A stretch of DNA of 64,000 bases, taken from positions 1-64,000 of the forward strand of contig JALDZS010000030.1 of NCBI GenBank assembly GCA_022813965.1, given 5' to 3'. Positions 23,031-35,113 of this stretch are shown piece by piece. The position numbers and the translations under genes were made by a program. Origin of the DNA: Toensbergia leucococca. Its lineage: Eukaryota. Every line of letters starts with the position of its first letter. Position 1 is the stretch's first letter. The notes beneath the pieces are model-generated. The model was given only the letters and a program-made list of their open reading frames with translations. It had not been told where the DNA came from and ran no database searches.

Positions 23031-25873
23031 TCACATCCTAAGACCCCGAACATATAGCCAAAGTATGATGGGGACAATCACGTTGTCATTTCCCCCTGTC
23101 AAGGTAGCCTCTGTCAGACTTGCACCTGTAGCCGCGATGCATGCCTTGCCCAATGACAGAACCCATGGGTCTCCGCTATCACCTGCCCAGCCCCCAATCT
23201 GAAGCCACAGCCTTCCGAGGCCAAGCCCTATGATCACGGCTATAGCGAAAGCAAGACTTCCTTCAATACTCTTGCCTCCGCTCCAACACCACCTATGGCG
23301 TCCATATCGTCGTCCAAAAAGTGATGCTGCTGCGTCTCCCATGCCAACGCAAATCACCCCACTTACCATGCTGAGATCTTGTTTCTTCACATCCCATCCT
23401 TCCCATGGTGCTTTGCCTGTTCTTTCAACAGTCGCTAGAGATAGCCAAAGTGGAATGGCACATCCAATGAGCAGAAACATATGTGACACGATGACAGGAC
23501 CGCGATGATCTCTTCCATCAACGTACGGAGCCAGAAAAGTCGTCAGGGGTCTGGAGAGTGGAGGTAGCTGTGATGCGCGAAACACATCGAGGAGGAGAAA
23601 GATAGCCAGGATTAGTATCAATGCCAAGGCCGCAAAATTAGGATCCACAAAAATAGCGGGCAGGAACATCACAACCATCATTCCATGGAAGACTTTACGC
23701 CGAGTGTCGACCTCAACAAAGGCACTCAGACGAAACACCGTAGCTAGTCCCAAGCCTATGGTTCCCAGGCAGTAAATGCAAATCAATATTCGAGTGTTTG
23801 CTGAACCAATGTCTTCTTGCCGCCATTTTTCTGCCAAGCTGGGATGAACCAGAGATTCAACGTAGTAGTTTTCCGAAGGCAAGCATATCCAGTCTTGCAG
23901 ATCCCAATAAAATGTGAATTGTCTGAACAGTGGGAGATCACCAAATAAGTAGCCAAGAGCCCAGCCAACAGGCTCGAGATTGTTTAATGCCCATTGGCTG
24001 ACGTATGTCCTAATGGCCGTGACAATTACAGCAATGACCACGAGATAGGTGTATATTGCATAAAGCCATTTGAGCACTGCCGCCTGAGCACGTGTTAATG
24101 ACAGATATGTTCGAGGGTTGATGGACGGGAAACGTGAATGTTTTAAATGTGAGTCGCTGGGAGACCTGATGTAGGACGGTAGAGTGTGTCTTCGCCGCAT
24201 AATTATATGTTTTTCAAATGAATCTAGATGTCCATTTGATCCGGAGACATCTTGCATCTTACCATCAACAGCCGACCTCGGCTCTTCCAGAGATGTGTTG
24301 ATTTTAGGTTCCTCTTTCTCAAGGGTCACTACTCGGAGCCCATGATTGTTGGCTCCCTGTGTTACCATCGAGGGCACTGTCTCGATGTCGTCGCTATCTG
24401 AACATTCATGTCCCTTTGGGATCAAGGATGATTTGCTCAGACACCCGTTGAACACCTCATCAACAGCAAACCAGAACCCCCTTCCTTCGTGGCTAGGCCG
24501 TCGAAAACGCCAGCCTGGTACACGTGCTAGTGCAACCTCCCATCGGAGTACATATCCGCAAAGTATTAGGAGAGAAAGACCTCCAATCCATAGAAGTGCC
24601 TTTAAGATGATAGCCTGAGGTGATGTAGCTAGCAACAATAGATTGATTAAGGAGATGGAAAGCAATTGCAGTTCCGCGGGCAGCAAACTCGTGGTGGTCA
24701 AATAGCCTAATGAAGGCAATAAAGCCATGTGGAGAGGAAATATCAACACAAGATTTTCAGAGCTCAAATTCGGAGGGAAACCGGGTTTCGAGCTTTGAAA
24801 ATTGTGTGAGTATCTTGGACCTGACAATGCCGAAACCACAAGGGGTGTTACGGATAGCAACCATTGTATTGAACCATAACCTGGGAGGTTCTCATGAAAA
24901 GGGATCAATTGATGTGGAATGGATGATATACTAAGAATAAGATTTGGCAGTATTATGGACTCGTTAACGTGCGACAAGGCCAGCGCCGCGAAGGTCGGTA
25001 CGAGTATAGGGTAAAGCAATGGAGCAGGATCGAACGCCGAAGGTATTTTGATACTAGGTTGCCCTGGTTTTCCATTGCCGTTACGTTTGTAGTAATATCG
25101 TAGAAGTCGGAATGGATACAGAAGGCAAAGACTCAGTACAGCTAAGGTATAAGCAAGAAGCTCTGCACCGCGACACTTCAGCTTGAAGCCTTAGGCTTAT
25201 GCCAGAAAGGGACATTACCTTTATGCCAATCACGAATTAGTGGATAAGTTCCACTCGCATAAGTAATCCAACCGACAAGTCCCAGCAGTATTACCTCGGA
25301 GAGCCTCCGCAATAGCTCAGCCTTTCGCCGTTTGATAAACTTGTGTCTAATTCTCAAGGTCTCTGCGTCGATCTCAGCCTGAGTTCTCGGGTTTCCTCGA
25401 TTCCTCATTTGGAGTTCTATAACCTGCTTACTACGGTCATCATCGAAGTATGATGGCGTAAGGAGTGGGCTTGAGGTATCCAAGCCTTTCGTATCCTTGA
25501 AACCTTTACGCAGCCTTGCAGGTGGGGCTGGAAGGCCTTTGAGTGTAGCGGCACTCTCATCGTCGGCTTCAGTACCACTGTCGCTTGGGGAAGCTGAATA
25601 CTTTCGTCTCTTGCGGCCATTGGTGTCATCGAACGTGTGGTCGTTTTGCTCATCGTCCTCTTGGAAATTAATCCCACTCGGTATGCGGGAAGGTTCCTGC
25701 TTTCTAGCCGCTTCAGCCTCGGCATAATTGTATCTGGAGTTTGGTAGACTTGGTCCACGGCGGTGGTATGGCTGTGGCGAGCGTGATAATCGTTTACGGG
25801 ATCGTGGCGGCGCATTCTCATCGCTGAAGACACTCTCGGTTCTGAGGATTGAAGGTGAGCCATTCATGGGCAT
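23031..25873 (-). CDS. SEC59: Dolichol kinase (Sec59-like, multi-pass membrane)
   Basis: VDTRRKVFHG, DGRDHRGPVIVSHMFLLIGCAIPLW, CVGMGDAAAS, GGKSIEGS and GGNDN. Intron 25163-25218 joins the N-terminal exon. Confidence 0.92.
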
Positions 25874-26652
25874 GACTTGGTCTATCGTCAGTTCCAGCTT
25901 CCCAAAAAGCACCTGTACGACTCCATGGACAGGTCTTCAGTCATAGACTGGCATTATCGGTACAGTGGTTTTTTATCAATTTGTTGAATCGTGGCATGTG
26001 AAGCTGCAAGGAACAAAGTTCAACGGTGGTGACGGTAAACCTTAGGCCCCCTCGGCCTGTCTCTACGAGCTACCGTAGGGCTGGGCTTAGGCGAAACTAA
26101 GGGCATTTCAACATGCTTGACCGTACCGAGTCCCAACGAAGCTCTTAATGAAAAATGTATGCTTGATCTTCATTAACAGTAAGAAGGATCGTTGAGGTTA
26201 GTCCCATCTTAGAAGCTGATTCTGTTTTGCGCTTAAACAGGTATATTCATTTAACATCTTTGCAGTGAGATTGATCAAAATAGGGGTTACATGTTCAACC
26301 CTTTCCATCTTAAGTACATCAGACTCAGTCTTTTTATTCCTATCATTTCACTGACCTTTCTTTTCTTTCCCTTCATTTTTGCTCTATTCTTGTTCGTTGA
26401 CGAATCAATAACTATCACATTCTAGACGGATTCTATCATGATGAAAGTTTTCAGGGAGGTATTATTGAAATGAATCTAAATGCAAGCATGCGATCTCAAA
26501 CAAATACTGTCCATCAAAAACCATCACAAAATACCGGACTAACAAGAGGCGCTGCAAGCCTCGAATAATTCAACTCCGATCAGAAAACCTCCCAAACATG
26601 AACCCCAATCCCTTGATAACCCCCCCACTCAACTGCGCTTGTAGTACTGGTC

Positions 26653-27042
26653 CTAAAGATAGCAATCGATTATACGCCCTTCAGCATCGTCCGAATCATC
26701 CTCTTCGGCCAGCTCCTTTTCTTTCATCTCCCTCTCCTCTTTCAGCTCCCTCTCACACTCCTTGCACGGCTTCCAAACCACCTGGTCCGCCGGTTTGGGG
26801 GCACGCAAGACCTCGACCTGAGACTCAGGGCACAGCTCCATCAAAGTGTTCAGGCGAGAAGCAGTTGCTTCTTTGGTGATTCCGGGATTCTCGCGCTTCA
26901 GCTGTTTGAGACTGACTCGGGGGCAGCGCTTGGAGCTGAAGACCGAGAGGTGATGAGGCTGAGATTGGTGGTGTTCGTGGCGATTGGAGTGGACGTCATA
27001 CCAGGTGTAGCCTGTGCATTCTTGGAGGGTACGGATGCACAT
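26653..27042 (-). CDS. Small hypothetical Cys/His-containing protein
   Basis: ATG 27042 (MCIRTLQECTGY...HEHH...RCP...LCP...PCKEC) with an acidic tail; 129 aa. The longer ORF-track extension runs through microsatellites and is unlikely to be coding. Confidence 0.5.
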   Translation of the reverse strand: MCIRTLQECTGYTWYDVHSNRHEHHQSQPHHLSVFSSKRCPRVSLKQLKRENPGITKEATASRLNTLMELCPESQVEVLRAPKPADQVVWKPCKECERELKEEREMKEKELAEEDDSDDAEGRIIDCYL

Positions 27043-27264
27043 TTTGAAGGTGAGTTGGTTATGAGTTTTTTTTGGCGTTTCGGAGGTTGTTGGTGAGTGG
27101 ATTGTTTCTGTGTGTGTGCAGACCAGAAGAAGGGATGAGGTGAGGATTCTGAGAGATGAAGAGATGCCTTTTATATTGGACTTGAAACCAGGCCGTTGCT
27201 CTATCTGCCCTGAAAAACCAGCGACAATTCCATTGTTCAGGGGTTGTGACGGCATCATAGTACA

Positions 27265-27310
27265 ATGAATAATAATAATAATAATAAAGAAAAAGAAAAA
27301 GAAAAAGAGA
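27265..27310. repeat. Compound microsatellite (AAT)n followed by (AAAAAG)n
   Basis: Directly visible: aataataataataataataaagaaaaagaaaaagaaaaag. Confidence 0.9.
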
Positions 27311-28195
27311 AACAAGGCAAGTGCTAGTCCGATACCTGAAAGAAGAGATGGCTTTGTGTTCAAACTCTAGAGAATGAAAACAAAGGGAGCCTGAATAGAA
27401 TTGCAAAGGCATCAAGAAGAGGCGTGATAGACACTGCCTGCCTCTGAAGAGCGCCCTTCTTGGAATTGTATACTTGAATACTAAAAATTGACTGTCGGCA
27501 GCATTGCATTTTTAAGATTCTTGTACTCACACTTGAAGTTGATGATTAGGCCTGCCTGGCCGTATGTAGAATTTGAGTGTTCACCTGACTGCAGTGTTCT
27601 GGGAGGGACATCTGAATTGGGACATGACTCAGTGAGAAGATACTTATATCGGTACTCTGAACGGAAGCTTTCAGGATATCTTTCATCGGCCATTTTTTTC
27701 AAAATACACTCACTCAGGCAGACTAGGGAGGGTTCGAAATGCTTGCAAAAGCCTTATAAGTACGAAATGAAAATAGTATGCTTTCAATTGAAACCTGTTT
27801 TCATTGACTATGGAGAAGAATATCAGTGTCAATTCAGAAAGCCCTAAGTCCCCCTTTATGTCTTGATGTAGGATTGTGGGTATGTTCGATCCGAGATTAC
27901 AGGCATTCACATCCGGCCATGCTTCTCTGTATCATGCAGCTCCAATCACTTTCGTACTGAGGTTCAAAGCCATTCACATCAGATCACACTCACTTATACG
28001 CACTCGTAAATGGTCAGATGTGTAATCTCTCTGCCTGCTCTCACAAGAGGAATCGCTGATGGACGGGCCCCTCCGCTTCAAATGTCCTTTCAACCCCTCA
28101 TAGCCAGTCAACCAAGATTAGAACATCTTTATGATAGCATTGGTGCCGCTTGAACATTTCCAGCCAGACATCTTGACCAGCAATGGCCTCCCTAG

Positions 28196-30451
28196 TCATT
28201 CTTTTTCTCGGTAGACTATGATACCAGCAGATAACTCCTGTCCGTCAGCGCCCCACACGTATCTGCAGGGGATGATTTGTGCGCCGAATTTTTCGAGTTG
28301 GAGTGAAAATCGCCAGTCCGAGGCCCACCGAGTGTACACGGTAACAAATTTGCAGATGCGTGGCTGCCGCATAATTGTAACATTTTTTTTAATCTGGTTC
28401 CTGACTTCCGTCTTCGTGTCTTCCAAGGGCCAACCGAAGCATGTTACTGACATGGCTGTTCCGGATATGGTACATAACTGACTTCGCACTCCTCCCACGG
28501 AAGAAGATTCCAGATTGACAGTACCGTTGGCGACCCCGAGACTCTGCCATTCAATCTTGGCACCTCGAGGCAACTCGTCCACTTGTACTACGAAGAAGTT
28601 TGGCACATCTGCGTAGGTTGACGCCTGTTCGCCGTTGCGTGTCACCTTCTTAAAGTCCGGAAGACATTGTTCGGCTGCATGCTCTGAAGAGACGCTCCCC
28701 AGGCCTCCGTATTTCTTGTCCCAAGGATCCAGGTCGGCGAGCTCTGATCCAGAATCGTGGTCTTCGCTGGAGGTATTCTCATGCATCGTCCTCCAGACCG
28801 ACCAAGCTATCTTGGCCTTCTCCCGCATTCGGCTTTCCCCAACGATGAATGCAATGCCTTTGGTCCACCAATTCACGTTGGTGACCTTTCCGATTCTCCA
28901 AAGATGCTGAAGTGATAGGCATGCCTGCTTCCGAAAAACCTCGAGTCCGTCCGTACGTTCTCCGCTCCTGGTCCCCAATAACTCCATCGTTGCAGGAATT
29001 AGTGGTATCTGCCCTGCGAGGTGTACCAGATGAGGCCCTTCTTGATCGATAATAGGAACCGATATGGCCTGCGAGTATGGCCCAATGTTTGCTGGTGCCC
29101 AATATGATCTCGATTGAACGTGCAAGCCCGATCGAGCTTTCCGAGGCCCTAGATCCACCACAAAGGACGCCATGACCTTCACTCGTGGAGGAAGAGCGTC
29201 ACCACAGGCAACGGCGATTCTCGCTGGAGGGTTTGGCTTCGGAAAAAAGGATCCATAAATGACACTAGACCCTTCGTAATCGTCCATAGAACGAAGCAAG
29301 ATTGTCGTAAAGACGATGTCTTCTGTTGAGCAATTTTGCGCAGCAAGAACGGAGAGTAACCCTAGGTAGATCGCTTGCATCTGGTCTTTGATACTGGACC
29401 CAGCCAACGGATAGTTAAGATTGGATAATCTGAAGCCTGACTTGCTTTTTGTGAAAACTCGTTCCACTTTCCAGCCGTGTTGAATTTTGCGAACCGGAAT
29501 TTTTCCAAAAAATCTGCGAGGAACGACCGAATTCTCCACCAGACCCCACCAAAGTTGTTCGAATGCATCGTCAAAGAGCTTGGGGATATTCAAATTCTCT
29601 CTCCAAGCGGCCTCGTTACCTTTGTCATCGTTATTGGCAATGCCGCCCCCCTGAACCTCCAGCCAAGCCTCACCGCCACCGCCTCTCCTGACCCATCTCC
29701 CATCGTTCCCTACCTCGATTGTACCGCTCCAGACTCCTTTTGGTCCGCCAACAACCAATGTCTCATACTCCCCACCCTCGCCTAGGACACTACCTCCAAA
29801 TCGTCCGATAGCTCTGCTCAATTTGTTCCTTACTCTCTCCTCGCTAACATTCTCCCAAAGCAACTCCTCATCTAGACCCCCTGAAGCTACTTTAACAATC
29901 CTTGCGTCGAGCCCTACACTAGCCATGTCTTCCAGCAATCCAGCAGTACGCGGTATCGGCGTCGGAAGGTAGGGATATTGCCACAGATAGGCAAGGGAGA
30001 AAAGATGAAGGCGAAAAGCAACCGACTCAATACGCGTTCGCTGGTAAGTAGAGAGAATAGCTCCGCTAACGACAGCGGTAACAGTCGGATGAGCAGCAAG
30101 GACACGACGAAGAAGTGAAAGAAGAGACTCGGTCTCATCAAACATGGGTGTTGAAGACAAGGACAAGGGCAAGGATGTTGGCATGTAGTCTTTTTCTGCA
30201 TTGACCGCGGACCCACTGATCTCTTCCCGATAAAGGGGGATACCGAGTGTGGTCGAGAATAGTGGAATCAACTTGTGGCCGACAGTCTGGTACATATAAC
30301 TGTTGAGATCTTCCGGGCCAAGAGAACTTGCTTCGGAGACACCTGGTGGATAAAGGTTGGCTAGAGCAACGACACGATGGCCGTTTGCCAGGCAATGCAA
30401 GATGGAGAATACAGAGTCTTTGCCTCCGGAAATGAGAGCAATCACGTCCAT
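28196..30451 (-). CDS. DPH6: Diphthine-ammonia ligase with C-terminal RidA/YjgF-like domains
   Basis: MDVIALISGGKDS, SYMYQTVGH, GAILSTYQRTRIE, GEGGEYET and LHVQSRSYWAPANIGPYSQA; intronless. Confidence 0.95.
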   Translation of the reverse strand: MDVIALISGGKDSVFSILHCLANGHRVVALANLYPPGVSEASSLGPEDLNSYMYQTVGHKLIPLFSTTLGIPLYREEISGSAVNAEKDYMPTSLPLSLSSTPMFDETESLLSLLRRVLAAHPTVTAVVSGAILSTYQRTRIESVAFRLHLFSLAYLWQYPYLPTPIPRTAGLLEDMASVGLDARIVKVASGGLDEELLWENVSEERVRNKLSRAIGRFGGSVLGEGGEYETLVVGGPKGVWSGTIEVGNDGRWVRRGGGGEAWLEVQGGGIANNDDKGNEAAWRENLNIPKLFDDAFEQLWWGLVENSVVPRRFFGKIPVRKIQHGWKVERVFTKSKSGFRLSNLNYPLAGSSIKDQMQAIYLGLLSVLAAQNCSTEDIVFTTILLRSMDDYEGSSVIYGSFFPKPNPPARIAVACGDALPPRVKVMASFVVDLGPRKARSGLHVQSRSYWAPANIGPYSQAISVPIIDQEGPHLVHLAGQIPLIPATMELLGTRSGERTDGLEVFRKQACLSLQHLWRIGKVTNVNWWTKGIAFIVGESRMREKAKIAWSVWRTMHENTSSEDHDSGSELADLDPWDKKYGGLGSVSSEHAAEQCLPDFKKVTRNGEQASTYADVPNFFVVQVDELPRGAKIEWQSLGVANGTVNLESSSVGGVRSQLCTISGTAMSVTCFGWPLEDTKTEVRNQIKKNVTIMRQPRICKFVTVYTRWASDWRFSLQLEKFGAQIIPCRYVWGADGQELSAGIIVYREKE

Positions 30452-31413
30452 GGTTGAAGGCATGCTTGTAGGGGTACCAAGGTGGATGGAGTGCACAATG
30501 AGTGAAAGAGCGAGCGAGAAAGGTCTGGACTGCGCAATGAATTGAATGGACGAGCGAACAAGGACGGGACCACAAGGTACGACTCATGACTTTACTATGC
30601 GAACGAAATAGACAAACGGGGCAAACGCCGGGGACGGTGAAAGGAAAGAGTCTGGCTGATGGCAGCTTGAGTTGCGCCGACTACAAATCATTGAATACCA
30701 TGTCACCTACCATTGCGAACCGCAGGCAGAGTAGGCCTCCAGCTGATATATCGCCGCTTCCATTTCTTTCTCTCCTTGAGTAGAGTCCCCGCAGGATTCT
30801 ATTTGCAAGAGACTCATCGGTCAGAATTGAGCTGGTGCCAGGGAAGCTGGCGGTACTCTGAGAGCCGATGATGTTATTCTATGGGGTCGGGAACAGTAGT
30901 AGTACTACGTCAATCACGACGCTGCATCCCACGCCAGTTTGAGCCAGTCATATATCTAGGACTTACAGACCTAATTTTCTATCCAACTAACAGTGTTACT
31001 GTCTAGATATTTAAGTCAGTGCTATCACGAGGCACTCAGAGCATCACCAGACTAATTCGGGGACAGTATCGATTTCAATATTATTCTCGGCCATGTGTCC
31101 AGCACAAAGCAAACTTAAGGTGAAGCCAGAGAAAGTGTAAGTAAGATACAGGCCACCAAGCTATCCTACTCCGCATGCTAGAAGTACAGTCTCTATCACT
31201 TGGTGTCAAGCTCTCCAAGCACCCCTAACGCTAAAGAAGGCAGCAGAGCAACACCGCCGATTGAAATAACAGTAAAGGATGTCGACAGTCTAAAACTCAA
31301 CGCTTTTGAGAAAGTGTGCAATCGAATCCACCACCCACGCCATGCAGAGCTGACGACCACATTGCTTCGTTGATCTCGTATTTATGATACAGTCCTCCGA
31401 GGTGTTTGACTCA

Positions 31414-33408
31414 TCATTCCTCCCTCTTGCGTTTTCTCATAGACTTTGTATCATCGACTGAAGGAGTGGGACTTAGGCTGTCTCGAATAGAATTTGCGTT
31501 TTCTGACGAAGAGCTGCTTGAAGTATTGTCGGCGGCGGCCTGGGCGGCTTCGAACAGAACAGCGCCAAGAACTCCAGCATCTCCTTCCTCCAATGGCTCC
31601 GTCTTCTCGGTCGGCGGGAGTTCTCCGTCCTCAAGCACGCCCATGACGATGGCCCCACTACCATGAGTGCGTTGATGCTGAGAAAGATTGTCACTACGAG
31701 AGAATTTCTTGCCGCACTCGTTGCATTCGAAAGGTTTGTCATGGGTATGAAGTGAGCGGTAATGACGTTTGAGGTGTTCTTGACGACGAAATCGACGCGA
31801 GCAGAGGGTGCAGACAAAAGTCTTCGAAGGATCTTCGGTAAGAGATTGTTTGCGACCGCGGCGGCTGACTGGCTGAGTTGTCGTTGCTGGTACATCAGCG
31901 CTGGATGACATGGCATTGCCGTCAGAGGACCCGCCTTGGCTTTGCGTAGCCGAGGATGGTTGCTGTGACCCTGGAGTCTGCTGATTTTGCGATCCATTTG
32001 CGTATGAGTGGGTGGTATCCCAGTCAAGACCCGAAGACTCGCTGTCTGATTGTGGCTTTTTGACAACCTTGCGACCTTGGCTTCTCTTCTTTGCCTTCAT
32101 TTTGATGGACTTGTCTTCTGAGCTACGACGTGAGGCTGAGGAATCTGGTGGGCTGGGAAGGCCGACCGAGGCGAACTTTTCTGCTTGGTCAAAATCTTCG
32201 AAGCTGTCTTCGCTAAGGAATTCCTCGTCATCAAAGGAGAACAGATCGAGCAATCGCTGTTTCTTGCTGCCTGAGTAAAAGCTGGTTTCGGAAGGAGTGT
32301 ATTTGGCCAAATCGCCAGCGAATTCTGTCTCGGAATCTAGGTCGGAAAACGTGTCGAAAGATGGTAGGCCACCTAAAGTGGAAGCACCGATTGGGTCAAA
32401 TGAAGTGTTGAATTGTGAATCCGATTTTGCCAACACTGACTCGCCCCTTAAGATAAATTTATGCTCCTCATCATCACCTGCGCACAAGGTGGGGAGAGGA
32501 GGAAAGGTAAGGCTAACAGAAGAGGAGGGCGACTCGACGAGAAGATTCCTTGGGTCGCAGAAATCAAAATCGGTGTCGGAAGTTACAGAGCGTGGGATAG
32601 GTGAAGGAGAAGGAGAGAGGGGGGGACAAGAATTAGCGGATAGGAGGTCCGAAGCTTGGCTAGCCGTTACCGAGGGTGGGTGAATAAATACTGGAACACC
32701 ACCAAAAGTCAGACGTAATTTTTCAATAATTACAACAAATACATCTTCCGTTCGCAATCAATACGAGGTAATTGAAATCATGTGGAGACAAGGCGAAATA
32801 TACATAGACTTACCAGGTGTCAAGGGTGGCGAACCGCAACGAGTCCAATCCCCGCCAGCGAGGATTTCACTCTGGACTTCGCCTTCGCAGCCCTCTTTGA
32901 CGCCCTCTATATTTTCAAAATTAAAGAAAGGACCGACAACTGGAGTTGACAAGACACCACATGTTGAAGGAGGGCTACTAATGGTACTTCCCGTGACTGA
33001 CAGGGGCGGAGTTGAAGGATAAATGTAGAATTCCGAAGCGTCGGTATCGAGCGAGAGCTGTTGAGAATCTTGCTGATAGAGAAAGGTTGATTTCTGGGAA
33101 AGAGGTCGTGGAGAAGCCATGGGTGTCATGGCTGGTGGTGCCACAAAGGCTGGCTTTGGCTGCAAATATACCGGAGTGCTGGAAGATGATGGTCGAGAAT
33201 ACATTATTCGAGGTTGTGTCTGCATCATCAGTTCTTGATGATAGACTTGATGTTGATATTGCTGGAGCTGTACGCTGTCGGAGACTGCACTTGGGTGAGG
33301 AGAAAAATGGCCATGCTGCCCGTGTTCTAATCCAGACTCTGGATTATAGTAAAAAAATGGAGACGGGCCTAGAGCCTGGGGAGAATTGGCGGATCGTGAA
33401 GAATCCAT
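31414..33408 (-). CDS. seb1: C2H2 stress-response transcription factor (Seb1/MsnA, Msn2/4-like)
   Basis: [67 protein letters not shown]. Intron 32691-32813 (SPPLTP|VFIHPP). A probable 5'-UTR intron lies at 33422-33480. Confidence 0.93.
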
Positions 33409-34875
33409 AGTGATTAATCGACTGGGAGCTATTGAGAGTCAGCCAATCCACTACCATCGCAGCTGGCTTGGCACACTCACCCTTCAAATTATGGTTCCAA
33501 GAATTCGAGACTATATGTTGTCTGATAGCAAAAACTTCTTCCGGCTATCAATATGCAGTTGATACAGAGTATTTTGTATATAAATTTGTATAAATTGAAA
33601 CGAAGGAGTGACGGACAACAGGACTGGAAATTCCAGAGATCTGTCTAATATTTCTGTTTTGAGAGTTGGTCCGGGAGGGTGATGCAGTGGAACAGTCGAG
33701 GACGGTATTGAATACAGGTGAGACTTGTTCACAAGTCTCAATAAATGGAGGGCCGTTGTCAAAGGAGTGACTGGAAGAAATTCAACTCTGGCAAAAAGGA
33801 AAGTGCCCGAGTATAAAGATCCCCGAAAACAAGAGCACCAAAAAATGATGATTAGAAAGGTGGACAAGAGGATACGACCAGATGATAGCGAGATAAAAAA
33901 TTCATGGGTGATGGGGACAGGGCGGGTAAAGTAATCCAACCAAGTCGACCTACCTTGGACGAAGCAAAAGACCTAAAGAAAGTTAGGGCGCGGAAAACAG
34001 ATGGGGATTCGGGACGAAGGTCAATGGCGCAGTTCCAGGCACCCCAGTCGCATCCACTCATGCGCCAAAAGCATTATGGGCAGTTTAGCGTCCCAGAGAA
34101 GACGGTGCTACTGACTTCCAACGCCGCCTCACATGAAATTGCGACCGGCAAAGGTGGGTGAGACGGGCCTGCGACTGGTCGACTGCGTGGCCAAGCCGAA
34201 GACCAGTCCACTAGCAGCTTACGAGTAGAAACAGCGAGAGGCAGGGATATTGCCATTGTCTAGGTCATCGATAACTCCTCTCAGCTTTATGCAAATGCAA
34301 GCACTTTCCATTTGTTACGAATTGATATTTTGGCTCCATTAGGCTAGTTAAAGTCAGTTCCACATGGCAAGGTCATATTCTACCTACCTAAGGTATGTGA
34401 CATATGTGAGGTGCTACTCATATATAGTGAATTACATTCATCATCATCGTTGTTGATACATGTATTTTAAGAAGACGCGCTTTCTGTACGAGTATGTGCC
34501 TCTCTTGCAGCGGCAGGGTCTGACAGCAGCATTGGTTGGGGTCACTCATGTTCAGCTTCTAGGAACGTGGGTTGCTGGCTCGGTAGGTAGCTTTTGCTTT
34601 GAGGCTGGACGCTGCCGCCTATCGATTAGAGAGATCGCCAGCAATCGATAGGAGTAAAAGGTAAGGTAGTTTTCAAGTCCAGAGACGGACCCTCCACCAA
34701 TAGACACTAGCCGCCCGCATCATTGATTGTCTGCCAGTCCGCCGCGTCTCAACTCTCAAGCTTTTTCTGCAGGAACGAAAACACGACTGCAAGGCATGCA
34801 CTTTGATTTCTTGAGCCGAAGTGCCTACGTCAAATGATGTACAGTACTCATGGTTTCAGCTGCACTCTTCAACGG

Positions 34876-34938
34876 GCTTGCCACTGCTAAATGCCTGCTT
34901 GCCACTGCTAAATACCTGCTTGCCACTGCTTAATACCT
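34876..34938. repeat. 21-bp tandem repeat, 3 copies
   Basis: GCTTGCCACTGCTAAATGCCT / GCTTGCCACTGCTAAATACCT / GCTTGCCACTGCTTAATACCT. Confidence 0.9.
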
Positions 34939-35086
34939 ACTGCAGTTTGGAACTGCCAGTTCCGATGATTGACTGGTTGTTGCAGCTATGCTATGGGAAC
35001 CAATAGACGTGACGGTTCAGGTTAAAATTCGGTATCACAAACATGATTTATTAATGTGTATGCGCTTAAAATCACAGTCACACCGC

Positions 35087-35113
35087 CAGCATATCAGCAT
35101 ATCAGCATATCAG
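35087..35113. repeat. 8-bp tandem repeat (CAGCATAT x3)
   Basis: Directly visible. Confidence 0.85.

Noticed and set aside
34876..34938. Repeats as a possible CRISPR array
   Set aside because: Head-to-tail units with no spacers, in a eukaryotic context and with no cas genes.
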